Shown piece after piece: positions 1 to 10,829 of a stretch of DNA of 51,502 nt (its first letter is position 1; each line of letters starts with the position of its first letter). Below the pieces are notes generated by a model, which ran no database searches, had not been told where the DNA came from, and saw only the letters and a list, made by a program, of their open reading frames with translations. A program made the translations under genes and the position numbers. Origin of the DNA: Escherichia coli (GTDB lineage: Bacteria > Pseudomonadota > Gammaproteobacteria > Enterobacterales > Enterobacteriaceae). The DNA lies in the NCBI RefSeq assembly GCF_003334255.1, contig NZ_QOWU01000037.1, one strand, 5' to 3'.

Positions 1-208
1 ACGCGAGGCATCGTCTTAACGAGGCACCGAGGCGTCGCATTCTTCAGATGGTTCAACCCTTAAGTTAGCGCTTATGGGGATTTGCCCCCCCGGTAGAGTT
101 GCCCCTACTCCGGTTTTCGAGACCGGTCCAATCATCAAACGAAACATAAAATTAATTCACATTATGAGGAAAAGTATCTTTTTTGTACTTGTAAATTCAA
201 AGGCTTAG

Positions 209-1078
<870 letters not shown>

Positions 1079-1135
1079 GTCTTTAAGTGATAAGCATAAA
1101 CCGCAGCACGATCTTGCATACGACGTGCTACGGTT

Positions 1136-1690
1136 TCATTTATCTCCGACCGGAAACTTCTTATACAGTGTCGATATACCAACATCATAGATGATCGCCA
1201 CCTTCTGGCGAGGAACGCCTGATGCAATTAATCGCCCGGCCTGCGCCCATTGTTCTGGTGTAAGTTTGGGACGACGTCCACCAATTCGTCCCTGTGCGCG
1301 AGCAGCCTCCAGTCCAGCTTTTGTTCGTTCAACAATCAGTTCTCGTTCCATTTCAGCCAGGGCCCCCATCACATGAAAGAAAAAACGCCCCATCGGTGTG
1401 CTGGTATCAATAGCATCCGTCAGGCTGCGAAAATTAACGCCACGTTCGCGCAACTCCTCAACCAGAATGACCAGATGCCGCATACTACGCCCCAGCCGCT
1501 CCAGCTTCCAGACAACCAGAGTGTCACCTGCCGATAATGTCCTGAGCAGTTTTTTCAGTCCCGGCCTTTCGGACTTTGTACCGCTTATCTTGTCTTCAAA
1601 AATCAGCTCGCATCCTGCACAGTTCAGCGCATTACGTTGTAGATCTGTGTTCTGGTCATTTGTTGACACACGTACATAGCCAATAAGCAT
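1136..1690 (-). CDS. pin: Serine DNA invertase, Pin/Gin/Hin family (ORF open to 1726; likely start MLIGYVRVS)
   Basis: N-terminal resolvase catalytic motif GYVRVSTNDQNTDLQ with Ser nucleophile, C-terminal HTH (GVPRQKVAIIYDVGISTLYKKF); 184 aa, typical of Gin/Hin/Pin. Confidence 0.9.
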   Translation of the reverse strand: MLIGYVRVSTNDQNTDLQRNALNCAGCELIFEDKISGTKSERPGLKKLLRTLSAGDTLVVWKLERLGRSMRHLVILVEELRERGVNFRSLTDAIDTSTPMGRFFFHVMGALAEMERELIVERTKAGLEAARAQGRIGGRRPKLTPEQWAQAGRLIASGVPRQKVAIIYDVGISTLYKKFPVGDK

Positions 1691-1744
1691 GGTAGATCTC
1701 CCTGACAAAAGCAGGAATGATGCCATTTGCTTGTTATTTCTGCA

Positions 1745-1770
1745 TTTTCATAAACGTTGGTTTGGGAGAA
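1745..1770. other. gix/hix-like 26-bp invertase crossover site (proximal to pin)
   Basis: TTTTCATAAACG TT GGTTTGGGAGAA; reverse complement TTCTCCCAAACC AA CGTTTATGAAAA matches the second site in 12/12 left-half positions and the central dinucleotide; resembles gix consensus TTATCCAAAACC TC GGTTTACAGGAA. Confidence 0.8.
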
Positions 1771-2130
1771 GCGGCAAGACGAAATGTGGGAACAGGGGAA
1801 AATCAGATACCGGACATGGCTTCATTTAGTGGGGTGAGGGATTATTACGGAAAACAACTTTTGCCAGGAGGGTTGATACTTCAGTGGCTGACGATTCCAT
1901 CAAGTGCAGCAGCCAACGCTGTAACACTGAATAATGGTAATTATCAGCTGTCAGGCTATAAATGGCCCCAGTCATTTGGTGTCCTGTTTGCTGTGTTTGC
2001 TACAAAAGTTTCTGGCTCGACTAACGAAGCATATGCAATCTCAGTTAATCGTCACTCTACCGATGTAATTGTCACCTGGAATGCCCGTAAGGCTGATGAT
2101 GTCCACATTTTAGGAATTGGGAAATTATGA
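1759..2130 (+). CDS. Alternative (currently silent) tail-fibre C-terminal variable cassette; becomes in-frame with the constant part after inversion
   Basis: ORF open through the crossover site in the frame required for fusion (position 1759 is codon position 1). Ends ...[19 protein letters not shown] with tfa gene immediately downstream. Confidence 0.65.
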   Translation, partial: GLGEAARRNVGTGENQIPDMASFSGVRDYYGKQLLPGGLILQWLTIPSSAAANAVTLNNGNYQLSGYKWPQSFGVLFAVFATKVSGSTNEAYAISVNRHSTDVIVTWNARKADDVHILGIGKL

Positions 2131-2546
2131 AAATGAAATGGTCACCATCTGTTCAGGGATTTTTCTCTGAAAATAACAGCGATATTCCCGATGATGCTTT
2201 CGATATTGAAGATGCTCTTTATTATGAACTTATGAATGGTCAGAGTACGGGGAAAATTATTATCAATAACCCGGATAACTACCCTGTACTTACTGAATAT
2301 CCAGCGAAGACACAGGAACAGGAAATAGCTGAAGCGGAGGGAATGAAAAGTATACTTATTGAACAGGCCAACGAATACATGAACAGTAAGCAATGGCCTG
2401 GTAAAGCCGCTATTGGTCGTCTGAAAGGTGAGGAACTGGCGCAATATAATTTGTGGCTGGATTACCTGGACGCACTGGAACTGGTCGATACTTCCGGTGC
2501 GCCAGATATTGAATGGCCTACGCCTCCGGCAGTTCAGGCCAGATGA
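2127..2546 (+). CDS. Tail fibre assembly protein (alternate, U'-like)
   Basis: 139 aa; C-terminal tfa-family signature ...[27 protein letters not shown]; overlaps upstream fibre cassette stop (ATGA), converges on the other tfa. Confidence 0.65.
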   Translation: MKMKWSPSVQGFFSENNSDIPDDAFDIEDALYYELMNGQSTGKIIINNPDNYPVLTEYPAKTQEQEIAEAEGMKSILIEQANEYMNSKQWPGKAAIGRLKGEELAQYNLWLDYLDALELVDTSGAPDIEWPTPPAVQAR

Positions 2547-2781
2547 CGTCCGGCGCGGTGCTGGTATCTGATTCCATCACCGCGTCGATATTACCAACAT
2601 CATATTCAGTCATTTCCGGTTCCGGTGGTGCTATAAACTCTCCGTCAGAATAGAACCAACCGACGCCTGCATCTATATGATCAATATTTATAATTTCGCA
2701 GTTAGAGAATAAATCACCCTCTCCATCCCAGATAATAATATTTTTCACCACGCCATGTTCAATCAGAGCAAAATTACTCAT
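2518..2781 (-). CDS. Tail fibre assembly protein (expressed orientation, U-like)
   Basis: 87 aa directly downstream of (overlapping by ATGA) the fibre gene; C-terminal ...[15 protein letters not shown] resembles the tfa C-terminal motif of the opposite cassette. Confidence 0.6.
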   Translation of the reverse strand: MSNFALIEHGVVKNIIIWDGEGDLFSNCEIINIDHIDAGVGWFYSDGEFIAPPEPEMTEYDVGNIDAVMESDTSTAPDVIWPELPEA

Positions 2782-3764
2782 CAGGCATACTCCTCAACAA
2801 TAACTATTCCCGGGGCACCGTCACCTCCCGATTGAGCCTCACTTCCGGCAGGTGCGCAGGCTCCGCCTCCGCCAGCACCAAAGCCCTCAGCTTTACCACC
2901 ACCACGTCCGCTGAATGATGAAGAACTTGCACCACCTATACCGCCTGAACCTAGTGGTGTATCCCCCCCGGTACCACCTGCAACAGCTTTAACAGAGATA
3001 ACCATTGCTCCTGGTGTTTTTGCACTACAGCGAAATGCTCTTAGTACAGTACCGGACGATGTCGGACTGGCACCCCATGAAATACCCTGAATATATGATG
3101 TGTTTGCAGATGCTCCCCCCGCGCCACCGCCTGTACCACCCGGTGCAGTTATCAGGGAACCGAAATAAGTTGTGCCACCTTCACTACCTGAATTTCTTCC
3201 GGCTCCCCCCCCTTTACCTGCAGCACCGATAATAACGTTGACTTCGAAATCATTATCAACCTCGAAAAATGCTTCAATAAATGCACCGCTCAATCCAGCT
3301 CCGGCTGTTGCCTGCTGATTTTCTGTTGTTTCAGGAACCCCACCGCCGCCGCCACCGCCACCAGAGGCAATGACCCTTATCTTTTTTGTCCCTGGTGTTG
3401 GGATATATTTTCCAGAGCTTTTAAAAATATTCGTGTTTAACAAACGACCAGAGAATCTGGCTTCTCCCAAACCAAGGTTTTCGAGAGCCGTTTGCACAGT
3501 GCCATCCGATTTGATATCGCCAAACGGATTCTTGCGGCTTAACAGCAGCGCACGAAGTGCGGTAAGCATCTGGTCATGCCGCCCTTTCTCCAGGCTGGCA
3601 CCGGAGGCCTCCACCACGCTACAAAGTTCTTCCTGCAACATGTCAAAGTAGTCATCATCCAGATCGGTGGCAGGTGTGCCGGTCTGGGGGTTACCACGGG
3701 TAAAACCGTTCTTACCCGCGCCGAACTTATCCTTCTGCGCGGTTTTCGTGTCTATACGATGCAT
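2781..3764 (-). CDS. Tail fibre protein (Mu S/gp49-like), Gly-rich; constant part 3476..3764, variable part 2781..3473
   Basis: 327 aa with poly-Gly/collagen-like runs (GGGGGGGG, GGTGGGAGGA); contains crossover site; position after gp48-like gene. Confidence 0.8.
   Translation of the reverse strand: MHRIDTKTAQKDKFGAGKNGFTRGNPQTGTPATDLDDDYFDMLQEELCSVVEASGASLEKGRHDQMLTALRALLLSRKNPFGDIKSDGTVQTALENLGLGEARFSGRLLNTNIFKSSGKYIPTPGTKKIRVIASGGGGGGGGVPETTENQQATAGAGLSGAFIEAFFEVDNDFEVNVIIGAAGKGGGAGRNSGSEGGTTYFGSLITAPGGTGGGAGGASANTSYIQGISWGASPTSSGTVLRAFRCSAKTPGAMVISVKAVAGGTGGDTPLGSGGIGGASSSSFSGRGGGKAEGFGAGGGGACAPAGSEAQSGGDGAPGIVIVEEYA
3462..3487. other. gix/hix-like 26-bp invertase crossover site inside the tail-fibre gene
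   Basis: TTCTCCCAAACC AA GGTTTTCGAGAG, an imperfect palindrome inverted relative to the site at 1745-1770. Confidence 0.8.
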
Positions 3765-3767
3765 GGA

Positions 3768-4352
3768 TTACTCCGGATATTTAAAAATTACGTAGGTATG
3801 CGAAGGGCAGAGTTTGTTAAGCACGCACTCGACAACGGTGTCGCCCCAGATACGCAGTGCGGAATCACAGGGATCGCCACATGTCATCCAGGTGGTGTTG
3901 GTGGCGGCTGGCATGTTGACCTGCCAGTAATACCGCCATTCCGGCGCATTCACTGCGTCAGTACAGGCCGATGAGCAGGTGAACGTGCTTTTATCGTATC
4001 GCGTGATAGTGGCGTCTGGTCTGCCCAGGGCAGCAAGCTGTGCAAGGTAAAAATCCTCATTGATGCCGCCCGCCAGATTAACCTTCGCATCCAGCCGTTG
4101 CTGACGCTGGCGAAGGGTCTGTGTCCCTGCGGGAATACATTCATCCGGCAGACCGCACAGACGCTCCCAGCGGTTTATCAGTTCAGTGGTGGTGCGCGGA
4201 TCCAGCTCCCGCATCAGGGCATCCGCACGCTGATGAACGCGGGTTAATGAAGGTGCCGCACCGGCAATCGCCGGATCGCTGGCTGACCATGCAGGACCGG
4301 GCGGCAACAGTGCCGATAACAGGCGGATGTAATCATCGTTTGTCACGTCCAT
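3768..4352 (-). CDS. Phage tail protein, Mu gp48-like (DUF2313 / YmfQ-like)
   Basis: 194 aa; synteny between baseplate J and fibre as in Mu/e14. Confidence 0.7.
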   Translation of the reverse strand: MDVTNDDYIRLLSALLPPGPAWSASDPAIAGAAPSLTRVHQRADALMRELDPRTTTELINRWERLCGLPDECIPAGTQTLRQRQQRLDAKVNLAGGINEDFYLAQLAALGRPDATITRYDKSTFTCSSACTDAVNAPEWRYYWQVNMPAATNTTWMTCGDPCDSALRIWGDTVVECVLNKLCPSHTYVIFKYPE

Positions 4353-5401
4353 GAAATCGTCCCCAGAACCGCCAGTTCATTTTTTGCAATGGAGATATTG
4401 TCCGCCGGGGCAAGCAACTGATGGCTGTATTCCCCGTTCGCACCGGAAATCGCCTCACTGATACGCGATACCTTCAGTTCTCCCTGAGGATAACCATCAC
4501 GCAGCAGGAACGAACGCAACTCTGCGGTGATGGCAGCCCGTATTTCCGGTGTGTCCGGCGTCACGCGGATATGAAAATCCACTTTATGCGCCACCGGCCT
4601 GAATACATACAAATCAGAGCCTGCCACCGGGGCCAGTGGCTCAATGTGTTGTCTTGCCGCCGTTTCCGTTGATTCTTCCGGAATGGGATTAATCAGGTCA
4701 CTGCTGGCAATCATCACACCGACAGTTCCCGTTCCCATCCAGTGACGGTATGTCCATGCGCGGGTAATGCCGGGCACTTCTTTAGCCCAGACGACATAGT
4801 CCACGTCAGCCCCGCCCTGCGGCGTCCAGTAATACCGCTCAATGATGCGGGCGCGCCACGTTTCCAGATCTTCAGTATCAAATCCGCCTGTCAGGGTGTC
4901 AGCCACACCGGAAGACGGCAGACCATTCACCGGCGTGACCAGGATTAATGACGTACCGTCGTCAGCGTTACCGACCGCGCCTGAACTTGAGCAGGCGATC
5001 GGCACGCGCAGGACACCACCGGAGCTGGTTGCATCGGCAGTTGCCGTGTACTGAACCAGGTCATCGCGCTGAATAACACTCCCGGCGGTCACCTTCAGGC
5101 CATCGCTGACACCTTCCCAGCGCATATACCCGCTGGCAGCCGTGGCCCCCTTGCGCGGACACCGTTTCATCGCAGCATGTCGCGCCAGCCAGGACTCATC
5201 GCACAGGTCAGGCAGCATGTTCATTGCCAGATAATCGATGTAACCGTAAACCGTATGCAGCGCCGCCGCATACACCTTTGCCCGCACGTCTTCATCCATG
5301 CGCCGGAGCGTGTCGCTGACGTCCAGCCTGGCGAATAAATCGTTACGGAGCATACTGATATTTTCTGCCAGCGTCGGGCGCTGAAATTCACTGTCCGCCA
5401 T
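4343..5401 (-). CDS. Baseplate J-like protein (Mu gp47-like)
   Basis: 352 aa; conserved synteny and overlaps with neighbours. Confidence 0.75.
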   Translation of the reverse strand: MADSEFQRPTLAENISMLRNDLFARLDVSDTLRRMDEDVRAKVYAAALHTVYGYIDYLAMNMLPDLCDESWLARHAAMKRCPRKGATAASGYMRWEGVSDGLKVTAGSVIQRDDLVQYTATADATSSGGVLRVPIACSSSGAVGNADDGTSLILVTPVNGLPSSGVADTLTGGFDTEDLETWRARIIERYYWTPQGGADVDYVVWAKEVPGITRAWTYRHWMGTGTVGVMIASSDLINPIPEESTETAARQHIEPLAPVAGSDLYVFRPVAHKVDFHIRVTPDTPEIRAAITAELRSFLLRDGYPQGELKVSRISEAISGANGEYSHQLLAPADNISIAKNELAVLGTISWT

Positions 5402-5816
5402 GCGTTATCGCACTCCACAGATCATCAAAAGAAATCATTACCGGTCCGTCACGACGCCAGAGAGTGATACTGTTACCCAGTTCATTAATCCCGGTGCGGC
5501 GGATATCCAGATCAATACGGGACACCACGCCATCATCAATCATCCATTGCAGGCATTCGCGGATATACCCCCTTACCGTCTGCACCAGCTGATTGGTCAG
5601 TTTGCTGCGCTGAAGCAGCCACAGTCGGGAGCCGTAACGGTCATTCTGTACCGCAGGCCAGGTATCCCCCCACCATCCCATCGGGACGTCGGCGTTGTCA
5701 TCAGGCTCCGCCCGCCGCCAGGTAAACAGGGAAATCACCACGGAGCGGGTCAGCGGATCCAGCGGTGCGCTGGCGCAGGTGCGTTTACCGTTCACCGTCA
5801 GCCACAGTTCCATCAT
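5388..5816 (-). CDS. Baseplate protein, Mu gp46 / GP46-family (GPW/gp25-like)
   Basis: 142 aa; position between V and J. Confidence 0.65.
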   Translation of the reverse strand: MMELWLTVNGKRTCASAPLDPLTRSVVISLFTWRRAEPDDNADVPMGWWGDTWPAVQNDRYGSRLWLLQRSKLTNQLVQTVRGYIRECLQWMIDDGVVSRIDLDIRRTGINELGNSITLWRRDGPVMISFDDLWSAITHGGQ

Positions 5817-6361
5817 GCCTCCATCGCTTTATCCGGTTTGTCGGTGTTACTGCCCTGACCGTTCTCTCTGTGACGATGCCCGTTATAGGCAAGCCGCATC
5901 GCTGACATGGTGGTGCCGCCGGAGTCGCACAGGTCTTTCACCTGTCCGGTCACTTCCAGGTCCATTTCAAAACGTGCTTCAGGTGCATTGCGAAACGTGA
6001 TCGTTTTACCTGCACCGTCCACCACGATCCCCTCCCGGGTCAGCGTCACGGACTGCCCCTGATCGTCATAGACAGCCACCTCGCCCGTCTGCAGCCCTTT
6101 CAGGCGGTAGCGACGGTCCGACACCGTAACAACCACCGCATGAGAACGGTCGCCATCCGGAAACAACACAACCGCTTCCGCACCGCTGTTTGCCCTTGCG
6201 GTAAAACCGTAGGGTTCAAGATGTTCAACCCCGGCTTTGGGTTCACCGGCAATCAGGGACACATCCACGGTCTGACATTTCGTGGCGGCACTGATGCTTT
6301 TCACCACGGCCCGCCCAATCAGGCCGAGGAGTTGTCGCTGCATGGCTTCAATCGTCCTCAT
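5813..6361 (-). CDS. Baseplate assembly protein V / spike (Mu gp45-like)
   Basis: 182 aa; synteny. Confidence 0.75.
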   Translation of the reverse strand: MRTIEAMQRQLLGLIGRAVVKSISAATKCQTVDVSLIAGEPKAGVEHLEPYGFTARANSGAEAVVLFPDGDRSHAVVVTVSDRRYRLKGLQTGEVAVYDDQGQSVTLTREGIVVDGAGKTITFRNAPEARFEMDLEVTGQVKDLCDSGGTTMSAMRLAYNGHRHRENGQGSNTDKPDKAMEA

Positions 6362-7440
6362 CAGAACGGGTCCTCCTGTACTCTGGCTTTTTTCTTTTTC
6401 CGCGCGCCGGGGGCTTCGGGTTCAGGCAGATAAGCATCAGGCGGGCCGACACGGATTTCCGTCAGGGTGCCGTTCTGGTCCTGAGTAAACGTGACTTCCG
6501 AAACAAGCAGTTCGGTATTGTCGAAACCACAGACCGGATCAAAGACAATCACCCGCTGGTTGGGCTGCCACAGCGTACCGTTACCCTGTCGCCAGCCCTG
6601 CACCACATAGGTGGTTTCATCCGTCCGCGCCGCCCGTTGTCGGGCTTCAAAGTCCGCACGGGCAATACAACCTGCCCCCGTAGCCTGCCCTGTCTGCCTG
6701 ATATACATCGGACGGTAACGGGCAATAAATGCGTCCTCTGTGCGGGCCCGCAGCGCGGTGGTGGTGGCCTCACCGAAATCATCGTCGTTCCCGGCACGCT
6801 GCCCCGCCACCTGGTAAACAGAAAATCGCTCCCGGATACTCTTCTCCGTATCGCAGGAAAGGATGTTTTCCCCGAGTACCAGCGCGGTATGTGCCCGCGT
6901 TGAGCCAATACCGCCAATCACCAGCCTGCCGTGCGGGTCGTCGTAAGCCAGTGCCTGCTGCTGACCGAGTATTTTGTTGATTACCTCAATCACCGTTTCA
7001 CCGTGATCAGGCTGAACATCAGGAATAACACCCGACGGCGCACCGCTGTTCACCACCTCAATGCCGAAAGGCGCAGCAAGCGCCTGCGCAATCTGCACCA
7101 GCGAGCGTCCGTTAAACTGTGTCGGTTCGGCTGCACAGTCAATCAGGTCAGCCGTCAGACTACGTCCGGCAATACCGGTGCTGACCGAACGGGCATCGTA
7201 ACGAACGGGAGTCGCCTCCACCCAGCCGGTGATCACCAGCTCATCACCAATCAGCACTTCCACTTTTGAACCGTTTCTAATGCGCGGCTGAAGCGTGGTG
7301 ATACCCTCATCTCCCGGCCACTGGCGAGTGATCTCCACACTGAAATCCCGCGCCAGCCGTTCAATACCGGCACCGATGCGCACCGATGTCCAGCCATTCC
7401 ACTCCCGGCCATTTACCCGTAGCGTGACATTGTCGTTCAT
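6361..7440 (-). CDS. Tail/baseplate hub protein, Mu P (gp44)-like
   Basis: 359 aa; ATGA-coupled to V-like gene. Confidence 0.65.
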   Translation of the reverse strand: MNDNVTLRVNGREWNGWTSVRIGAGIERLARDFSVEITRQWPGDEGITTLQPRIRNGSKVEVLIGDELVITGWVEATPVRYDARSVSTGIAGRSLTADLIDCAAEPTQFNGRSLVQIAQALAAPFGIEVVNSGAPSGVIPDVQPDHGETVIEVINKILGQQQALAYDDPHGRLVIGGIGSTRAHTALVLGENILSCDTEKSIRERFSVYQVAGQRAGNDDDFGEATTTALRARTEDAFIARYRPMYIRQTGQATGAGCIARADFEARQRAARTDETTYVVQGWRQGNGTLWQPNQRVIVFDPVCGFDNTELLVSEVTFTQDQNGTLTEIRVGPPDAYLPEPEAPGARKKKKARVQEDPF

Positions 7441-8813
7441 TGCACTGGCACCTTCAGAGGGATCACCGGCACAAAGCCGGGATGCGTAATGGCATTACGC
7501 CGGATAATGTCCGCGTCACGCGCCGCGTTATCAAACCAGGTCGCCGCCAGCACCAGCGCGGGTAAAACCTCATCCGGTGTGCGCTGAATGATCCGTGCAG
7601 ACTGTTCAAGGCGCGTGTTGATATCCGCATTCAGATCTGCTTTCACCCGGCGCAGCGCCAGAAACAGCGCATCACTGGTTGTACGGGACAACTCCTTATC
7701 AATTGCCGTATTCAGTGTGTCGCGAATGTCAGTCAGTTCTTCCCACGTCGGCAGGTCAACCGTGTTTTTCACCGCCGGTGCATTGTTCAGTGCCGGATGC
7801 GTGACGGAAGGCCAGCCAGTGCTCTGCGCAGGTGTTGTTGCCTGCCCCACTGCGGAATTCTGCATCACCGCGGAAGTTGTTGGCGCAGGCAATCGGGTGA
7901 CGGCATACGCCGCTTCACTGATTGCGGTCGTACGAAGGGTGCTGGCAACCACATTACGCTGCTGCGTAGCCGTGGCGGTGGTTTTACTGTCCGTTTTCCA
8001 GACGCCGCGCGGTTGCAGATCGCTGCCGAGGCTGACACCGGAAAGCGTTTTGATCATGGTGACCAGGTCGCTGGCGTTACCATAAAGGCGTTTCCCGGTA
8101 CGCCACATTTTCTGCACCTGCTCAACGAGATTTTTGCCTGACGATGGTGGCGGCAGAAGTACCGAGATATCCCCCTGCAACAGCCTGGCAGCATCCGATA
8201 CGGCAGAATCCACCACTTTCATCGCATCAGAAACATACCCAAGCATTGTGCTGACATTACCAACGACGTCGTTCTGCACGAAATCCGCCACGCCATCGAT
8301 ACTGAAACCTCTGAAGCTGTCACTGATGCAGTCATCCAGTGCAGAACAGGATGACATCAGCGTCTGCGCCGTCGCCGCACCTGAAGTGGGGTAAGAGAGT
8401 TCTCCCGCTTCGACAAACTTCAGGTCAAAGCGGACAATACGCCCTTCACTCTTCGATGTGCTGACCCGAACTTCTCCGTCAACACAGACTTTCAGCTCAC
8501 CGTATGTCGGATGGACAAGCGTGCCGGGACCGGGTTTATTCAGCGCGTCAATCAGGCGATCGCGCTGGTCAAAGCAGTCATCTCCCACCACATAAGCCGT
8601 GATGGACGGGCGAAAAGTGATTTTCCCCAGGTCTTCGGTATAGGGTTTGTCGCGGTTCGGGTATTCATGTGTTTCCACACGGCGACCGGTTCCCGCACTT
8701 TCTTCTTCAACCTTAAACGGCACGCCGCGAAATGACGCGTCCTGAAGTCTGTCACGCCAGCCTGAAGACGACGAAAGTAATGAAGGTCGGGTGGGAAATG
8801 AGGATAAATCCAT
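7437..8813 (-). CDS. DNA circularisation protein N-like (Mu gp43-like)
   Basis: 458 aa, immediately downstream of tape measure; Mu-like order. Confidence 0.6.
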   Translation of the reverse strand: MDLSSFPTRPSLLSSSSGWRDRLQDASFRGVPFKVEEESAGTGRRVETHEYPNRDKPYTEDLGKITFRPSITAYVVGDDCFDQRDRLIDALNKPGPGTLVHPTYGELKVCVDGEVRVSTSKSEGRIVRFDLKFVEAGELSYPTSGAATAQTLMSSCSALDDCISDSFRGFSIDGVADFVQNDVVGNVSTMLGYVSDAMKVVDSAVSDAARLLQGDISVLLPPPSSGKNLVEQVQKMWRTGKRLYGNASDLVTMIKTLSGVSLGSDLQPRGVWKTDSKTTATATQQRNVVASTLRTTAISEAAYAVTRLPAPTTSAVMQNSAVGQATTPAQSTGWPSVTHPALNNAPAVKNTVDLPTWEELTDIRDTLNTAIDKELSRTTSDALFLALRRVKADLNADINTRLEQSARIIQRTPDEVLPALVLAATWFDNAARDADIIRRNAITHPGFVPVIPLKVPVQ

Positions 8814-8837
8814 AGACTGACCTCAAAAAGGACTGCG

Positions 8838-10745
8838 TTATCGTGGAAAACGAAAAGGGGAATACCCCACATCGTGCGTGATTTTCATCAGGGGATCGGC
8901 TTTGCCCGGTACATCAATTATCTTCATACCTGGCGGAGCATTCTCGAACGTGACTTTCAGCTCGCTGTGCTGTGTCATGGAAGAAGATGGATTCAACAGC
9001 GGAACATTGGGTTTGTACTGACTCAGGCTGGCCTGATACTGCTCGTACTCTTTACGATCAAAAAAAGGCGTCCAGTCTGAAGCCAGAAACAGCCCTTTAT
9101 TATCCAGCCAGTTAACCGTATCTTCAGGAACAACACTTTCCAGAGTATCTTTAACCGGCTCATACATCAGGGTTCCCAGAAAACCATATACCCCGGCCTT
9201 CCCGATAAAGCCGCGGCCTTTCCCCATCAATCCCGTTTCTGCCGATACCTTCCCCAGCGTACGCATCTCTCTGGTCACTGCGGTAATGGATTTGGTAACG
9301 TCAGCAACCCATTTGGTTGCCATAAACAGGGCAATCGCTTTCAGAACAGTTTCCCATCCCCCCATCGCCTGCGCCGTTTCATCCACCACGTGCCAGACTT
9401 TTTTTATGACAGGACCTACGGTTTCCCAGTTATCAATAATGAGGTAAGCGCCACCAACCAGAAGAGCAATCAGCCCCTTAGCAGGCGTCATATTCATCAC
9501 ACCGCCGAGAACTTTCATAATTCTGGACAAAGAGCCTGCAGCGGCTCCCACCGTCAGTAAGGCCAGACCGATTTTAGCAATGGTCTTAACGAGCTCCGGG
9601 TTTTCACGGACAAACGTTCTCACTTCCTCAAGGAGCGGTTTTACCGCTTCAAGACCATCATTAACCTCAGGAAGAAACGTTTCCCCCAGCGTGGAAGAAA
9701 TGGCATCAAGTTGATTTTGCAGAAGTAAAAGCTGGTTTTCCGTCGTCGCTGCCCTCGAAGCATATTCCTTCTGCATCGAACTGCCATACTGCTGGGAATC
9801 CGCAACCCGCCTGAAGTTGGTACGCAACAAATCAAGGTTAGTCAGCAGAGGTGCTATCGCGCCCAGAGACTCTTTCCCGAACAGGGCATTCAGCACAGCT
9901 GCCTGTTTTTCTTTGGGCACTTTAGCCATCGCATCCAGTACAGACAGCATGGTTCCCCGGGCATCTTTCTGCATATCAGCAGCTAATTTCTTCGGATTGA
10001 TCCGCAGAAAACGTAATGCCTGTTTCTGCGATTTTGTCGCGGAATTTCCCGCGGTCAGGGAAAGCATGAAGTTCTTGATCCCTGTGGCGGCAATTTCTGA
10101 CTCCACGCCCATCCCGGCAATGGTTGCCCCCATTGCCGCGATTTCGCCGGAAGCCACACCTGCAACACCACCTAAAGGACCAATACGCGTAACAATATCG
10201 GAGATTTTCTTCGCATTCGCCGGGCCGGTATTACCAAGGTAGTTGATTTTGTCAGCCAGCCCGGCCACTTCATCCTGCGTCATATTAAACGCAGTACGCC
10301 ACTGGGCCATCATCTGCCCGGACTCTTCAGCCGTGGTATCAAAGGCCACGCCCATCTTCACCGCATCAGTGGCAAACTGCATCAGTTCATCACGTGCAAT
10401 CCCGGCCTGACCGCCAGCCGCCACAATTTCCGCGATCCCGTCTGCAGACATGGGAAGCTCAGTAGACAAAGCGCGTACCTGCTCCGTCATGGCCTTAAAC
10501 GCATCCGGCGTATCCAGACCGTCTACCACTTTGCGGACATCAGCCATCTTCGATTCAAGGGTGATGGCTGATTTTACAGGGAGTGCCAGTGCCCCCATTA
10601 TTGCAGTACCCGCCCCGGCAGCGCCCAGAGCAAGGCTGGAGACTTCTTTCTGAAACCCCTTAAGCTGACGCTGCATACCTTTAAGCGGGCCGGACAGCCT
10701 GTCAACGGCGGTGATGATGGCTTTCAGCTGAAAATTATCAGCCAT
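8838..10745 (-). CDS. Tail tape measure protein
   Basis: 635 aa, Ala/Gly-rich helical, hydrophobic segment; follows chaperone with frameshift. Confidence 0.85.
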   Translation of the reverse strand: MADNFQLKAIITAVDRLSGPLKGMQRQLKGFQKEVSSLALGAAGAGTAIMGALALPVKSAITLESKMADVRKVVDGLDTPDAFKAMTEQVRALSTELPMSADGIAEIVAAGGQAGIARDELMQFATDAVKMGVAFDTTAEESGQMMAQWRTAFNMTQDEVAGLADKINYLGNTGPANAKKISDIVTRIGPLGGVAGVASGEIAAMGATIAGMGVESEIAATGIKNFMLSLTAGNSATKSQKQALRFLRINPKKLAADMQKDARGTMLSVLDAMAKVPKEKQAAVLNALFGKESLGAIAPLLTNLDLLRTNFRRVADSQQYGSSMQKEYASRAATTENQLLLLQNQLDAISSTLGETFLPEVNDGLEAVKPLLEEVRTFVRENPELVKTIAKIGLALLTVGAAAGSLSRIMKVLGGVMNMTPAKGLIALLVGGAYLIIDNWETVGPVIKKVWHVVDETAQAMGGWETVLKAIALFMATKWVADVTKSITAVTREMRTLGKVSAETGLMGKGRGFIGKAGVYGFLGTLMYEPVKDTLESVVPEDTVNWLDNKGLFLASDWTPFFDRKEYEQYQASLSQYKPNVPLLNPSSSMTQHSELKVTFENAPPGMKIIDVPGKADPLMKITHDVGYSPFRFPR

Positions 10746-10829
10746 GCTTCATCTCCTCATTTATACGGACGGCCTCTGCCTCCAGATCAGCAAAGTGGGA
10801 AATAGCCGTCCGGCGAAGTTCAAGGGGGT

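Larger units (their letters stand above)
1758..3474. other. Invertible host-range segment (G-segment-like) carrying two alternative tail-fibre C-termini and two tfa genes
   Basis: Bounded by inverted gix-like sites. Inversion would join the constant fibre N-terminus (3764..3476) in frame to plus-strand codons starting at 1759. Both orientations read ...ENLGLGEA across the junction. Confidence 0.75.

Noticed and set aside
60-140. tRNA-like or att-like sequence at the window start (ggtagagttgcccctactccggttttcgagaccggtcc)
   Set aside because: Only a single short hairpin; no acceptor/anticodon arms; no similarity to the 3' end of thrW, so not the att duplicate.
1191-1679. Three plus-strand ORFs (61-95 aa) overlapping the invertase gene
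   Set aside because: Antisense to a strongly supported serine-recombinase ORF, no SD, products low-complexity (Ser/Ala/Arg-rich); typical GC-frame artefacts.
3335-3365. GC-rich repetitive tract considered as CRISPR/tandem repeat
   Set aside because: It is an in-frame run of Gly codons within the fibre gene, not a spacer-repeat array.
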